Shown here piece by piece: positions 26,835 to 36,841 of a stretch of 64,000 nucleotides of DNA; the first letter of the stretch is position 1, and each line of letters opens with the position of its first letter. The translations under genes were made by a program, and so were the position numbers. The notes under the pieces are model-generated. The model was not told the origin of the DNA, made no database searches, and saw nothing but the letters and a program-made list of their open reading frames with translations. The DNA comes from an uncultured Solirubrobacterales bacterium (GTDB lineage Bacteria > Actinomycetota > Thermoleophilia > Solirubrobacterales > Solirubrobacteraceae): NCBI GenBank assembly GCA_963828135.1, contig CAWHDS010000001.1, forward strand, positions 108,087-172,086, given 5' to 3'.

Positions 26835-27554
26835 TCACCGCCGGCACGGGAGCTTCGCCACCGCAGCCCGCACGACGTTCATGTCGGCGCGGTTGAAGTC
26901 GGCGTGGGTCTGGCCGCGGAAGCTGGGCACCAGCTCGCGGTAGTAGGGACTCGAGAGGCTCTCGTTGTGGCCGATCACGTTGGCGACCGGGATGTGCTTG
27001 GTGCAGCGCAGCCAGCGCGTCAGCTCGAGCGCGGAGTGGTACTGCGCGGCGTCGCCCATCACCTGCTGGTCCGAGAAGCCAACGTTCTCGATCCCGATCG
27101 CCGTGTAGTTGAGACCCACGACCTGCCGGCACATGATGTCCAGCGGCACGAGTTGGTAGATCGTGCCGTTGGTGTCGATCACGAAGTGCGCGCAGACCTG
27201 CGGCAGCTCGTGGTAGGTGACGTCCGGCACGTCGTCGGCGAAGGTGTTCCAGACGCTCTGGAACGTCGCGCTGTCGGTGTAGTGCCAGATGATCAGGTGC
27301 GGATCGACCAGCTTGTACGAGTCGATTCCGTAGTGCTGCAGAGCATAGGCGCGCATCTGCTGCTCGCGTGCGGGCCCGAATGGAATGGGGTCCCTGACGA
27401 TCCGCGGCGGCGGCAGCAGCGCCGGCTGGGCGCCACTCGCGAGCCCGCCGGGCAGGCCGAGCACGAGCACGAGTGAGAGCGCGAGCGCGAGCGCGGCCAC
27501 GGCGCCGCGCGCGCGCCGCCGGAGCGCCCCGCCGCTGGTCGATCGCTCACGCAT
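26835..27554 (-). CDS. Secreted N-acetylmuramoyl-L-alanine amidase (Amidase_2 / PGRP-type)
   Basis: Signal peptide (AVAALALALSLVLVLGLPGG) and amidase_2 core (IIWHYTDS...CAHFVIDTNGTIYQLV...GLNYTAIGIENVG...VIGHNE). The start was chosen at ATG 27554, 4 nt after the ArsR stop. Confidence 0.75.
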   Translation of the reverse strand: MRERSTSGGALRRRARGAVAALALALSLVLVLGLPGGLASGAQPALLPPPRIVRDPIPFGPAREQQMRAYALQHYGIDSYKLVDPHLIIWHYTDSATFQSVWNTFADDVPDVTYHELPQVCAHFVIDTNGTIYQLVPLDIMCRQVVGLNYTAIGIENVGFSDQQVMGDAAQYHSALELTRWLRCTKHIPVANVIGHNESLSSPYYRELVPSFRGQTHADFNRADMNVVRAAVAKLPCRR

Positions 27555-27888
27555 GTCCACCCGACTGCACGGCCGCTGCCTCCTGACCGCGTTGTTCGGC
27601 GACCGCCCTCTCGGCATCGAGCACCTGCGTCCAGAAGCGGTCGAAGTAGGCGCGGAGCGCTCCCACCCCCATCGGGTCGAGGCTGTAGATGCGGCGGTTG
27701 GCGTCGCGGCGGTCGCTCACGAGGCCCGCCTGCTTGAGCACCCTGAGGTGCTGCGAAACGGCTGGGCGGCTGACCGGGAGAACCCGCGCGAGCTCTCCGA
27801 CCGCGATCGGACCGTCGCCGAGTCGTTCGAAGATCGCCCGCCTTGTCGGGTCGCCGAGCGCCTGAATCGCCTCTGCGTAAGCAGCCAC
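27547..27888 (-). CDS. ArsR/SmtB-family transcriptional regulator (cysteine-free)
   Basis: 113 aa with ALGDPTRRAIFERL...VGELARVLPVSRPAVSQHLRVLKQAGLV. The sequence contains no Cys. Confidence 0.85.
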   Translation of the reverse strand: MAAYAEAIQALGDPTRRAIFERLGDGPIAVGELARVLPVSRPAVSQHLRVLKQAGLVSDRRDANRRIYSLDPMGVGALRAYFDRFWTQVLDAERAVAEQRGQEAAAVQSGGHA

Positions 27889-27905
27889 TTACCGTAAGTC
27901 TATGC

Positions 27906-28556
27906 TTACGCTCTCGTCGTGTCAACCCCTCCCCCTCCCGCCAGCAGCGAGACCACCTCCTCGTCGGACACCGGAGCGAAGTCGGCATACCAGTGGCCGA
28001 CTGCGAGCAGCCGTGTCGGGATCGTGTGGCAGACCACCTGGTCGGCCTCCGCGGCGACCAGTTCGACCGAGTCGCCCGCGCCGACGGGTACCGCGACCAC
28101 GATTCGCGAGGCACCGAAGGCGCGCAGCGCGCGAACCGCGGCCACCGCGGTCAGACCGGTCGCGAGGCCGTCGTCGACCACGATCGCCGTGCGTCCATGC
28201 AGGTCGATCCGCGCGCGGCCCTCGCGGTAACGCTCAACGCGACGCAGCAGTTCCCGGCCTTCGCGTCGCACCGTGTCGTCGAGGGCCGCCTGGGACATGC
28301 CGACGCGAGCGGCGGCCGCGCGATCGAACACGGCGGCCCCGCCCTCGGCGATCGCCCCCACTCCCAGCTCAGGGTTTTGCGGCGCTCCGAGCTTGCGGAC
28401 GACCAGCACGTCGAGCGGCGCGGCGAGCACGCGGGCCAACTCGAAGCCGACCGGGACCCCGCCCCGCGGTAGCGCGACGACCACCGGCTGCTCGGCCGCC
28501 AGGTCACGGAGCCGCTCTGCGAGTTGGCGTCCGGCGTCGTGACGGTCGGCGAACAC
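27906..28556 (-). CDS. Phosphoribosyltransferase-family protein
   Basis: 216 aa with FADRHDAGRQLAERL......VVALPRGGVPVG and the PRPP motif AIVVDDGLATGLT. Confidence 0.8.
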   Translation of the reverse strand: MFADRHDAGRQLAERLRDLAAEQPVVVALPRGGVPVGFELARVLAAPLDVLVVRKLGAPQNPELGVGAIAEGGAAVFDRAAAARVGMSQAALDDTVRREGRELLRRVERYREGRARIDLHGRTAIVVDDGLATGLTAVAAVRALRAFGASRIVVAVPVGAGDSVELVAAEADQVVCHTIPTRLLAVGHWYADFAPVSDEEVVSLLAGGGGVDTTRA

Positions 28557-28601
28557 TCCCTGTCACCTGGCTCGCGCCGGCGCGCCGCGGCGCCCGACCC
28601 G

Positions 28602-28817
28602 TCAGGCCTCGCGTGCTTCCGGCATGCCCTCGCCGGTCGCGAGCGCTTCCATCTCGTCCTGTGCAAGTTGACCGGCTGCCGGGTCCGTGTCGGGCCGGCG
28701 GCGTGTCTGCGCTCGGCGCCTGCCGGTCGCGATCGCCGCGACCAGCGCGGCGCAGCCTGCCGCGGCTAGCGGGGCGATGCTGCGCAGCGAGCGTTTCGCC
28801 GTGGGCATCTCGGTCAT
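28602..28817 (-). CDS. Hypothetical small membrane-anchored protein (71 aa)
   Basis: One hydrophobic helix (IAPLAAAGCAALVAAIA) followed by a charged tail. GC3 is moderate. Confidence 0.35.
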   Translation of the reverse strand: MTEMPTAKRSLRSIAPLAAAGCAALVAAIATGRRRAQTRRRPDTDPAAGQLAQDEMEALATGEGMPEAREA

Positions 28818-28934
28818 GCGCTGCCTTCACGCTACCAACTCGATCGGCGCCCGCGTGGGGCGGCCCCGTTTGGTGGTCGTCGCCACGGGCCCGCGAAACG
28901 AACGCCCGCCACGGGACCGATGACCCTCGTCCGC

Positions 28935-28940
28935 TAGGTT
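28935..28940 (+). promoter_or_regulatory. Candidate -10 box (TAGGTT) giving a leaderless transcript
   Basis: TAGGTT lies 6 nt upstream of GTG 28947. Confidence 0.3.
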
Positions 28941-28946
28941 TCTCGT

Positions 28947-29969
28947 GTGGAGTACCGCACACTAGGTCGCACAGGGGTGAAGGTCAGTCCGCTCTGCCTC
29001 GGCGCGATGATGTTCGGCAGCTGGGGCAACGCCGACCACGACGAGTCGATCGCGATCATCCACAGGGCGCTCGACGCGGGGATCAACTTCATCGACACCG
29101 CCGACGTCTATTCGCGTGGCGAGTCGGAGGAGATCGTCGGCAAGGCTCTCGCCGGTGGCAGGCGCGACGACGTGGTGCTGGCCACGAAGGTCCACGGCGA
29201 CATGGGCGAGCGACCCAACCAGAGGGGCAACTCGCGCCGTTGGATCGTCCGCGAGGTCGAGGACTCCCTGCGGCGCCTGGGGACCGACTGGATCGACCTC
29301 TATCAGATCCATCGTCCCGAGCAGGACACGGACATCGAGGAGACGCTTTCCGCACTGACGGATCTCGTGCGTGCGGGCAAGGTCCGCTATGTCGGCTCAT
29401 CGACGTTCCCGGCGTCGCAGATCGTCGAGGCGCAGTGGGTTTCGCGCGAGCGCCGCCTGGATCGCTTCGCCAGCGAGCAGCCGCCGTACTCGATTCTGGC
29501 GCGCGGAGTCGAGAGCGACGTGCTGCCGACCTGCCTGCGTCACGGCATCGGCGTGATCCCCTGGAGCCCGCTCGCCGGCGGATGGCTCTCCGGCCGCTAC
29601 CGCAAGGGCGCCGAGGCCCCGGCGTCGAGCCGCTCCGGTCGTCTCCCCCACCGCTTCGATCTGGCGCTGGCGGCGAACCAGCGCAAGCTCGAGGCCGCCG
29701 ACTCGCTCGCGACGCTCGCGGATGAGGCCGGTATCTCGCTGATCGAACTGGCGATCGCCTGGGTCATCAAGCATCCCGCCGTGACCGCGGCGATCATCGG
29801 ACCGCGGACGATCGAGCACCTCGAATCACAGCTTCCGGCGGTCGAGACCTCGCTCGACGCCGCGCTGCTCGACCGCATCGACGAGATCGTGCCGCCGGGA
29901 GTGACGATCAACCCGGCCGACGACGGATTCGCGAACCCGTCGCTGCAGCCGCCTGCGCGGCGGCGCTGA
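28947..29969 (+). CDS. Aldo/keto reductase
   Basis: 340 aa with LGRTGVKVSPLCLGAMMFG, INFIDTADVY, IDLYQIHRP and the rest of the AKR pattern. Confidence 0.9.
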   Translation: MEYRTLGRTGVKVSPLCLGAMMFGSWGNADHDESIAIIHRALDAGINFIDTADVYSRGESEEIVGKALAGGRRDDVVLATKVHGDMGERPNQRGNSRRWIVREVEDSLRRLGTDWIDLYQIHRPEQDTDIEETLSALTDLVRAGKVRYVGSSTFPASQIVEAQWVSRERRLDRFASEQPPYSILARGVESDVLPTCLRHGIGVIPWSPLAGGWLSGRYRKGAEAPASSRSGRLPHRFDLALAANQRKLEAADSLATLADEAGISLIELAIAWVIKHPAVTAAIIGPRTIEHLESQLPAVETSLDAALLDRIDEIVPPGVTINPADDGFANPSLQPPARRR

Positions 29970-29972
29970 GAG

Positions 29973-30698
29973 ATGGACGCGCCCGCCACCGGCGAACCCC
30001 CGGCGCCCGCCGGCGAGCCGGACGTGACCGCCGAGTCCGCGGGCCCGACCTACGCGCTCTACGCCAGCTTCGCCTCCGATCCCGTGCGACCGCTGGTGTC
30101 GCAGCAGCGCGCGACCGCAGCCATCCATGCGCAGCAGACGCTCGACTCGGCCGAGGCGACCCTGCGCGGCGCCTACACCGTCACCGGCTACCGTGCCGAC
30201 GCCGACCTCTTGCTGTGGCTCGTCGGCCACAGTGCCGACGCCGTGCAGGACGCCCTGATCGCGTTTCGCCAGACCATGCTTGGACAGGCGCTGCGCCCCG
30301 TCTGGTCGGCGATCGGCGTGCATCGCGAGGCCGAGTTCGCAAAATCCCACACCCCCGCGTTCATGCGTGGCGAGGAGCCGCGCAAGTACGTGTCCGTGTA
30401 CCCCTACGTCCGCTCGCTCGAGTGGTACCTGCTGCCCGAGGAGGATCGAGCCGAGATGCTGCGCGAGCACGGCATGATGGGACGAAGCCGCCCGGAGGTG
30501 CGCGCGAACACGGTCAGCGCGTTCGCCCTCGGCGACTACGAGTGGCTGCTCGCCTTCGAATGCGACGAGCTCGAGCCGATCGTCGACCTGATGCGCCATC
30601 TGCGAGGCGCGCAGGCCCGGCGCCACACGCGCGAGGAGCTGCCGTTCCACACCGGCCGCCGCCGGTCGCTGATGGACATCGTGGCCGACCTTCCGTAG
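29973..30698 (+). CDS. hemQ: Chlorite dismutase-family protein, probably coproheme decarboxylase
   Basis: 241 aa with YVSVYPYVRSLEWYLLPEEDRAEMLREHG and ANTVSAFALGDYEWLLAFE, characteristic of actinobacterial HemQ/ChdC. Confidence 0.75.
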   Translation: MDAPATGEPPAPAGEPDVTAESAGPTYALYASFASDPVRPLVSQQRATAAIHAQQTLDSAEATLRGAYTVTGYRADADLLLWLVGHSADAVQDALIAFRQTMLGQALRPVWSAIGVHREAEFAKSHTPAFMRGEEPRKYVSVYPYVRSLEWYLLPEEDRAEMLREHGMMGRSRPEVRANTVSAFALGDYEWLLAFECDELEPIVDLMRHLRGAQARRHTREELPFHTGRRRSLMDIVADLP

Positions 30699-30711
30699 CG
30701 GGTCGCCCGGA

Positions 30712-31620
30712 TCACGTGGCCGATCGGCGGCGGGTGAGCGCAACCCCGGCCAGGCACAGCGCGCCGCCCCCCATCGCGACCACGCCGGGCACCTCGCCGA
30801 GCGTGAGCCAGCTGAGCGCGATCACGAGCGGTGGCACGAGGTACGTGGTGGCTCCCTGCCGCGCCATCGTGCTGCGCGAGAGCGCGTAGGCCCATGTCGT
30901 GAAGGCGGTCGCCGTGGGCCCGACGCCCAGATAGACGACGAGCAGGGTGCTCGACGCCGGCGCCGCGCGCAGATCGGACAGCAGCCCGGGCAGGAATGGC
31001 AGGCAGGCGACCGCCCCGGCGAGACACGCGGCCCACGTCACGGCGATCGGCGAGACGCGCGCCAGCACCGGCTTCTCCACGATCACGGCCACGGTGTAGA
31101 CGGCCGCCGCCAGCACGCACAGCAGCACACCGCCCAGCCCGCCGTGATGGTGCGCGGAGCTGACGGCGATCACCGCGGCTCCCGCGAAGGCGACGGCCAG
31201 CCCGCCGAGCAGCCACGGAGACAGACGTTCGCGCAGCACCCAGGTGGCGAGCACGGCAATCATGATCGGCGCCACGTTGACGAGCATCGCCGCGGTGCCG
31301 GCATCGACCAGTCGCTCACCCTGGTTGAGCGCCACGTTGTAGACGCCGAACCAGAGCACGCCGCAGACGACGATCGCCGGCAGCTCGCGTCGCGGCGGCA
31401 GCGAGATCCGCCGGCGGCCCATCAGCGCGCTGAGCGCCACGCCGCCGACCAAGAGGCGGCCGAGCGCGAGCGGGGCGGGAGCGAAGTGCGTGCGGGCCGT
31501 GCGAATCGCCACGAACGCGGACGCCCACAGCAACGTCGTGACGACGATCGCGAGCGCCACCTTGGGATCCTCGAAGCGCCGCAGCCCTTCGCCGCTCGCG
31601 GCCGCGCTCGTCGTCGTCAT
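30712..31620 (-). CDS. DMT-superfamily (EamA-like) transporter
   Basis: 10 TM helices in two EamA repeats. The start was chosen at ATG 31620 (MTTTSAAASGEG...). Confidence 0.8.
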   Translation of the reverse strand: MTTTSAAASGEGLRRFEDPKVALAIVVTTLLWASAFVAIRTARTHFAPAPLALGRLLVGGVALSALMGRRRISLPPRRELPAIVVCGVLWFGVYNVALNQGERLVDAGTAAMLVNVAPIMIAVLATWVLRERLSPWLLGGLAVAFAGAAVIAVSSAHHHGGLGGVLLCVLAAAVYTVAVIVEKPVLARVSPIAVTWAACLAGAVACLPFLPGLLSDLRAAPASSTLLVVYLGVGPTATAFTTWAYALSRSTMARQGATTYLVPPLVIALSWLTLGEVPGVVAMGGGALCLAGVALTRRRSAT

Positions 31621-31720
31621 CGCGGTGCCCGTGCGCGTGTGGTCTGCCTCCACGCCACGGACCATAGTGCCGCGTGAGCGGATCGGTTCATGTGGTCCAA
31701 ACGTCGGGTGAGGCGAATCC

Positions 31721-33454
31721 GTGAGGCCGACGCCCAGCACGCACCGCCGGCCTCGCCGATGCTGCGAGACTTCAGGGATCCCCCGATCGCCCGGTGATGC
31801 GCAGGATCGCAGCCGCGCCGCGGACGCCTCTGCGGCAACGCACGAGCATGCCCCAAGCGGCGAAGCAGCGATACAGCGCCCCGACCGCTTCCTGAGCCTC
31901 AGCGGCGAGGAGATCCGCGCGCTCTATACGGAGGCCGACCTTCCCGAGCTCGGGCTGATTGGCCTGCCCGGCGAGTACCCGTTCACGCGCGGCGTCTATC
32001 CATCGATGTACCGCGGGCGGCTCTGGACGGTCCGCCAGTTCGCGGGCTTCGGCACGGCCGTCGAGACGAACGAGCGCTTCCGCTACCTGCTTGATCGCGG
32101 CCAGAGCGCCCTGTCCACCGCGTTCGACATGCCGTCGTTGATGGGTCACGACTCGGACTCGCCGCTCAGCCGCGGCGAGGTCGGACGCGAGGGCGTCGCG
32201 ATCGACACGATCGACGACATGGCTGATCTCTTCGCCGGCATTGACCTGCGTGAGGTCAGCGTGTCGATGACGATCAACGGCCCTGCGGCGATCATGCTCG
32301 CGTTCTTCGTCGCCGCCGCGCAGGAGCGCGGCGGCGCGGCGGCGGATCTCGCCGGTACGATCCAGGCCGACATTCTCAAGGAGTACATCGCCCAGAAGGA
32401 GTGGTGCTTCCCGATCGAGCCCGCGGTTCGCCTGCAGGGCGACATGATCGAATGGTGCACCGCCAACATGCCCCGCTGGCACCCGGTTTCGATCTCCGGT
32501 TACCACATCCGCGAGGCCGGCGCGACCGCGGCGCAGGAGCTCGCCTTCACACTCAAGAACGGCTTCACCTACGTGGAGGAGCAGATCGCGCGCGGGCAGG
32601 ACGTCGACAGCTTCGCGCCGCGCCTGTCGTTCTTCTTCAACGCGCAGATCGACTTCTTCGAGGAGATCGCCAAGTTCCGCGCTGCGCGCCGGATCTGGGC
32701 GCGCGAACTGCGCGAGCACTACGGCGCACGCAACCCCCGTTCGTGGCTGATGCGCTTCCACACCCAGACCGCCGGCGTTTCGTTGACCGCTCAACAGCCG
32801 CTCAACAACATCACCCGCACGGCGATCGAGGCGCTCGCGGGAGTGCTCGGCGGAACGCAGTCGCTACACACCAACAGCTACGACGAGGCGCTGGCACTGC
32901 CGACCGAGGAGGCCGTCCAGGTCGCGGTGCGCACCCAGCAGGTGATCGCGCATGAGACGGGTGTGACGAACACCGTCGACCCGCTCGGCGGCAGTTACTT
33001 CGTCGAGGCACTGACCGACCGCACCGAGCAGCAGGCCTACGTCTACTTCCGCCGCATCGACGAGCTCGGCGGGATGATCGAAGCGGTCAAGCGCAACTAC
33101 CCGCAGCGCGAGATCGCCGACGCCGCCTTCGAGTTGCAGCGGCGCATCGACAGCGGCGAACGGGTCGTCGTCGGCGTCAACAGCTTCACGGCGGGGGACG
33201 ACCGCCGGATCCCGACCCTGAGGATCGACCCGACGCTCGAACGCAGGCAGATCGACCGCCTCGCGGCCGTGCGCGCGAGCCGTGACGATGCTGCCGTAAA
33301 GGCCAGCCTCGCGGCGCTGCGCGAAGCGGCGCAGACGCCGCACAATCTGATGCAACCGCTGCTGGACGCCGCGCGTGCCCGCGCGAGCGAGGGCGAGGTC
33401 GTGCAGGCTCTCCAGGACGTCTGGGGCCACTTCACCGAGACACCGGTGTTCTGA
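31721..33454 (+). CDS. Methylmalonyl-CoA mutase family protein, catalytic (N-terminal barrel) subunit without a B12-binding domain
   Basis: 577 aa with [41 protein letters not shown] and [17 protein letters not shown]. It ends before a cobalamin-binding domain. GTG start uncertain. Confidence 0.85.
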   Translation: MRPTPSTHRRPRRCCETSGIPRSPGDAQDRSRAADASAATHEHAPSGEAAIQRPDRFLSLSGEEIRALYTEADLPELGLIGLPGEYPFTRGVYPSMYRGRLWTVRQFAGFGTAVETNERFRYLLDRGQSALSTAFDMPSLMGHDSDSPLSRGEVGREGVAIDTIDDMADLFAGIDLREVSVSMTINGPAAIMLAFFVAAAQERGGAAADLAGTIQADILKEYIAQKEWCFPIEPAVRLQGDMIEWCTANMPRWHPVSISGYHIREAGATAAQELAFTLKNGFTYVEEQIARGQDVDSFAPRLSFFFNAQIDFFEEIAKFRAARRIWARELREHYGARNPRSWLMRFHTQTAGVSLTAQQPLNNITRTAIEALAGVLGGTQSLHTNSYDEALALPTEEAVQVAVRTQQVIAHETGVTNTVDPLGGSYFVEALTDRTEQQAYVYFRRIDELGGMIEAVKRNYPQREIADAAFELQRRIDSGERVVVGVNSFTAGDDRRIPTLRIDPTLERRQIDRLAAVRASRDDAAVKASLAALREAAQTPHNLMQPLLDAARARASEGEVVQALQDVWGHFTETPVF

Positions 33455-33555
33455 GACTGTGTCCGCGACACGAGCCGCGCTCCGTCGCCGCCCGCGCGTC
33501 ACCCCGCGCGCCGTCCGGCGTGCGATGGCTGCGCTCCCGCGTGAACGGCGAGCGG

Positions 33556-33837
33556 CTACTCGACGATGTCGGCCTCCGGCGCTGAGGTTGCGCCGTCGGC
33601 GTCGTCTCCGGCGGCCGCCTCGCCGCTCAGGCGCGCCTGCAGCTCGCGGATGTGAGCGACGCCGGCGGCCAGGTCGCCATGCGAGATCTCGCCGCGGTCG
33701 ACCAACCCGAATGCCGTCTTGCCGAGGTCGGCGTACGCCTGACCCAGCTCACGCTTTGTGGCAACGGTTTGCGCCTGCTTCTGAGCTGTGCTGGCCGCCT
33801 GCTCAGCGCCGGCCTTAACCTTGTCGAATAGGCCCAT
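33556..33837 (-). CDS. Hypothetical protein (93 aa) at the end of the metal-transport operon
   Basis: MGLFDKVKAGAEQAASTAQKQAQ.... It is helical with an acidic tail, and its start lies within the last 23 nt of the Fur-family gene. Confidence 0.45.
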   Translation of the reverse strand: MGLFDKVKAGAEQAASTAQKQAQTVATKRELGQAYADLGKTAFGLVDRGEISHGDLAAGVAHIRELQARLSGEAAAGDDADGATSAPEADIVE

Positions 33838-34348
33838 CTTCGTTCGCCTCCATCGTGTGGGGTTTGATCGAAACTCTAGCTTCGCACCTCTGGCCGCCGT
33901 CCGGGGTGTCGTCGACGCAGCGCTCACACGCCCCGTGCAGGATCACCTCGTGCTCGGCGATCTTCAGCGCGACATCCTCGCTGACCCGGCGCAACTCCCG
34001 TTCGAGACGCTCGTCCACGAACGGATACAGCCGCCCGCAGTGGTCGCAGACCATGTGGTGGTGGTGCCCGCGACCGTGACGGATCGGCTCGTAGCGGACG
34101 ATGCCCTGGCCGACTTCGATCCGCATCACCAACTCCGCCTGTTCCAGCTCCTCGAGGATCCTGTAGACGCTGGCGCGCGATACCGCACGGTCAGCGCCTT
34201 CGAGCGCCGCGCCGATCTCGCCGGCCGACAGCGCGCACCGCTGCTCCCCGAGCAGCGCGATGACCGCTCGACGCGCACCGCCACGGCGGTAGCCGTCGGC
34301 GACCAGGCGCTCATTCGCGCGCGCCGCCCAGTCGTCTGCTTCGCTCAT
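33815..34348 (-). CDS. Fur-family metalloregulator (Zur-like)
   Basis: Winged helix (SVYRILEELEQAELV), a His-rich site (HGRGHHHHMVCDHCG) and a second CxxC (HGACERC). ATGA overlap with the upstream permease stop. Confidence 0.8.
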   Translation of the reverse strand: MSEADDWAARANERLVADGYRRGGARRAVIALLGEQRCALSAGEIGAALEGADRAVSRASVYRILEELEQAELVMRIEVGQGIVRYEPIRHGRGHHHHMVCDHCGRLYPFVDERLERELRRVSEDVALKIAEHEVILHGACERCVDDTPDGGQRCEARVSIKPHTMEANEDGPIRQG

Positions 34349-35178
34349 CGCATCCATCGTAGAACTCCCGCGAGCCGGCGCGGCGAGGCCGCGGAGGCGA
34401 GCGCGTAAAACACGCCGGCGACCAGCACGATCGCGCTGCTCGGCGGCAGCGCGGCGATCCGGTAGCTGAGCGCGATCCCGATCCACACCGACGCGAGCGC
34501 CAATCCCGCCGACAGCGCCATGCCCAGGTACGGGTTCGCGGTCAGGCGGTGCGCCGCGCCGGCTGGTGCGGCCAGCAGGCCTAGCAGCAGCAGCGCGCCG
34601 ACGGCCTGCGTCGCCTCGGCAGCGTCCGCGCCGACGAGCACGAGGAAGACGCTGCCGAGGACGCGCGCTGGAACGCCACGAGCGATCGCGACGGCAGGGT
34701 CGAGCGACACGAACAGCAGCGGTCGCGCGACCGCCAGCGTCGCGGCGATCAGCGCCAGCGCGATCGCTGCCGCGAGTGTCGCCTCGCCCCCGCTCAGTCC
34801 GAAGATCGAGCCGAACAGCGCACGCGCGCCGACGATCCCGCTACCCCCGGAGCTGCTCGCGTTGAAGAGGTCCAGGAACAGCACCCCGAGGCCGAGGATC
34901 CACGCGAAGGCGACGCCCACGGTCACATCGTCGGCGCGCGCCCGCTCACCGAGCGCGGCGAACAGCAGCGCCATCAGCACGGTCGCGGCGAACAGGCCGA
35001 TGCGGAGGTCAATGCCGGCGGCCGCGGCGGCCAGCGCGCCCGTGAAGGCGACGTGGCTGAGCGCATCTCCGGCGAAGACCTGGGCGCGCAGGACGATGAA
35101 GTACCCGAGCAGACCGCTTGCGATCGCGATCAGCGAGCCCGCGAGCAGCGCGTTGCGGACGAACGGCAGCGCGAACAT
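34345..35178 (-). CDS. Metal ABC transporter permease (ABC-3/TroD-like)
   Basis: MFALPFVRNALLAGSLIAIASGLLGYFIVLR..., 8-9 TM helices. TGATG overlap with the upstream permease. Confidence 0.85.
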   Translation of the reverse strand: MFALPFVRNALLAGSLIAIASGLLGYFIVLRAQVFAGDALSHVAFTGALAAAAAGIDLRIGLFAATVLMALLFAALGERARADDVTVGVAFAWILGLGVLFLDLFNASSSGGSGIVGARALFGSIFGLSGGEATLAAAIALALIAATLAVARPLLFVSLDPAVAIARGVPARVLGSVFLVLVGADAAEATQAVGALLLLGLLAAPAGAAHRLTANPYLGMALSAGLALASVWIGIALSYRIAALPPSSAIVLVAGVFYALASAASPRRLAGVLRWMR

Positions 35179-36029
35179 CAGCGACTTACCCCCCTGTAAA
35201 GGCGCGCCGCGGCGTAGAGCACGAGCGCGATCGTCGTGACGCAGAACCCGAGCGCCTCGTTGGTGAAGTAGGAGAGCGTCAGCGCGACCCAGGTCTCGAG
35301 CACGGCGAGCACGACCGACAGCGCGAGGCTCCAACGCAGACGCGTGGTCAGCAGTTGGGCGGTCGCCGCAGGAGCCACGAGCAGGGCAAAGGTCAGGAGC
35401 ACCCCCACGATCTGCGCGATCGCCGCGACGGCGAGTCCGAGCAGCACGAGAAAGACGATTGAGAGCGCGCGCACGGGCACGCCGTCGGCTGTCGCGGCCT
35501 GCTCGTCGACCGAGGCGTAGAAGAGCGGGCGCCCAACGGCAGCGAGCACCGCCGCGGCGAGCAGCGCCACCACCAGCAGGGTCTCCACCTGACCGCGGCT
35601 GATGCCGACGAACGAGCCGAACAGCAGCGTCTCGATGCTCTCCAGGATGCCGCCGTAGAGCGACAGGAAGAGAAAGCCGAGTCCCAGCGCAACCGCGCCC
35701 ACCGTGCCGACGACGGCGGACTCCTGGGTCGCACTGCGGCGCCCGCTGACACGCGAGCCGAACGCGATCGCGAGGGCCCCGCCGACGGCGAAGACGAAGT
35801 ACCCGGACGCCAGCGGCAGCCCGGCGAGCGCGGCGCCGCTCGCGCCCGGGAAGGACATCACCGACAGTGTGTGACAGACGAAGCTCTCGCGGCGCAGCAC
35901 GACGAACCAGCCGACCAGCGCCGCGATCACGGCCACGATCGTGCCGGCCTGCAGCGCGTTGACCATGAACGGGTACTGCAGGAGCTGATCGAGATCCGTC
36001 AGGGGATTGGCGGAGAACGCCGGGTTCAT
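35178..36029 (-). CDS. Metal ABC transporter permease (ABC-3/TroC-like)
   Basis: MNPAFSANPLTDLDQLLQYPFMVNALQAGTIVAVIAALVGWFVVLR.... TGATG overlap with the ATPase stop. Confidence 0.85.
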   Translation of the reverse strand: MNPAFSANPLTDLDQLLQYPFMVNALQAGTIVAVIAALVGWFVVLRRESFVCHTLSVMSFPGASGAALAGLPLASGYFVFAVGGALAIAFGSRVSGRRSATQESAVVGTVGAVALGLGFLFLSLYGGILESIETLLFGSFVGISRGQVETLLVVALLAAAVLAAVGRPLFYASVDEQAATADGVPVRALSIVFLVLLGLAVAAIAQIVGVLLTFALLVAPAATAQLLTTRLRWSLALSVVLAVLETWVALTLSYFTNEALGFCVTTIALVLYAAARLYRGVSR

Positions 36030-36841
36030 CAGTGATCGTGTGAGTGGTGAGCAGGCATGTCGGGCTGGCCGACGACGACCAGGCGTCCGTCCGAGCGCTT
36101 GAGAACCTCGACGCCGGCGCCGTAGAGAGCGCTGAGCGTCTCGGTCGTGATCACCTCGGCCGGCGTGCCCGTCACCGCCCGCCCGCGGGCGAAGTAGACG
36201 ACGCGGTCGAGGTAGGAGAGCAGCGGATTGACGTCGTGGGCCACCAGCGCGACGGTGATCCCCTCCGCGCGGCAGAGCCGCTGCACGAGTGCCGACACGG
36301 AAGCCTGATTGGGCAGGTCGAGGCTGTCGAGCGGCTCGTCGAGCAGCAGCAGTTCGGGCCTGCGCACCAGCGCCTGCGCGATCAGCAGACGCTGCTGTTC
36401 CCCGCCGGAGCACTCCCCGATCGGCCTGTGCGCGTAGGCGCCGGCGCCGACCTCGGCGATCACGGCCTCGATTCGCGCGCGAGCCGCGGCTCGCCGCCGG
36501 CCGAAGGCGACGGGCAGCGGCGTGCCCCAGCGGGCGCCGTCGAGGCCGAGCGCGACGAGGTCTCGCCCGCGTACCCGCACGCTCTCGTCGAAGCTGCGCC
36601 GCTGCGGCAGGTATCCGATTCGCTCGCGTCGCTCGCCCGGCGGCGCCCCGAGCACGAGGGCGTGGCCCTTGCGCAGGCTCTGGAGGCCGAGCAGAACCTC
36701 GAGGAAGGTCGACTTTCCGGCGCCGTTGGGCCCCAGGATGCCGACGAACTCGCCCGCCACCAGCTTGACATCCACGCCGCTCCAGACGGTTGCGTCGCCG
36801 TGCGCCACCGTCGCGTCGCACAGGACCGCGACCGCACTCAT
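36029..36841 (-). CDS. Metal ABC transporter ATP-binding protein
   Basis: Walker A GPNGAGKST, signature CSGGEQQR and Walker B LLLLDEP. ATGA overlap with the SBP stop. Confidence 0.9.
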   Translation of the reverse strand: MSAVAVLCDATVAHGDATVWSGVDVKLVAGEFVGILGPNGAGKSTFLEVLLGLQSLRKGHALVLGAPPGERRERIGYLPQRRSFDESVRVRGRDLVALGLDGARWGTPLPVAFGRRRAAARARIEAVIAEVGAGAYAHRPIGECSGGEQQRLLIAQALVRRPELLLLDEPLDSLDLPNQASVSALVQRLCRAEGITVALVAHDVNPLLSYLDRVVYFARGRAVTGTPAEVITTETLSALYGAGVEVLKRSDGRLVVVGQPDMPAHHSHDH

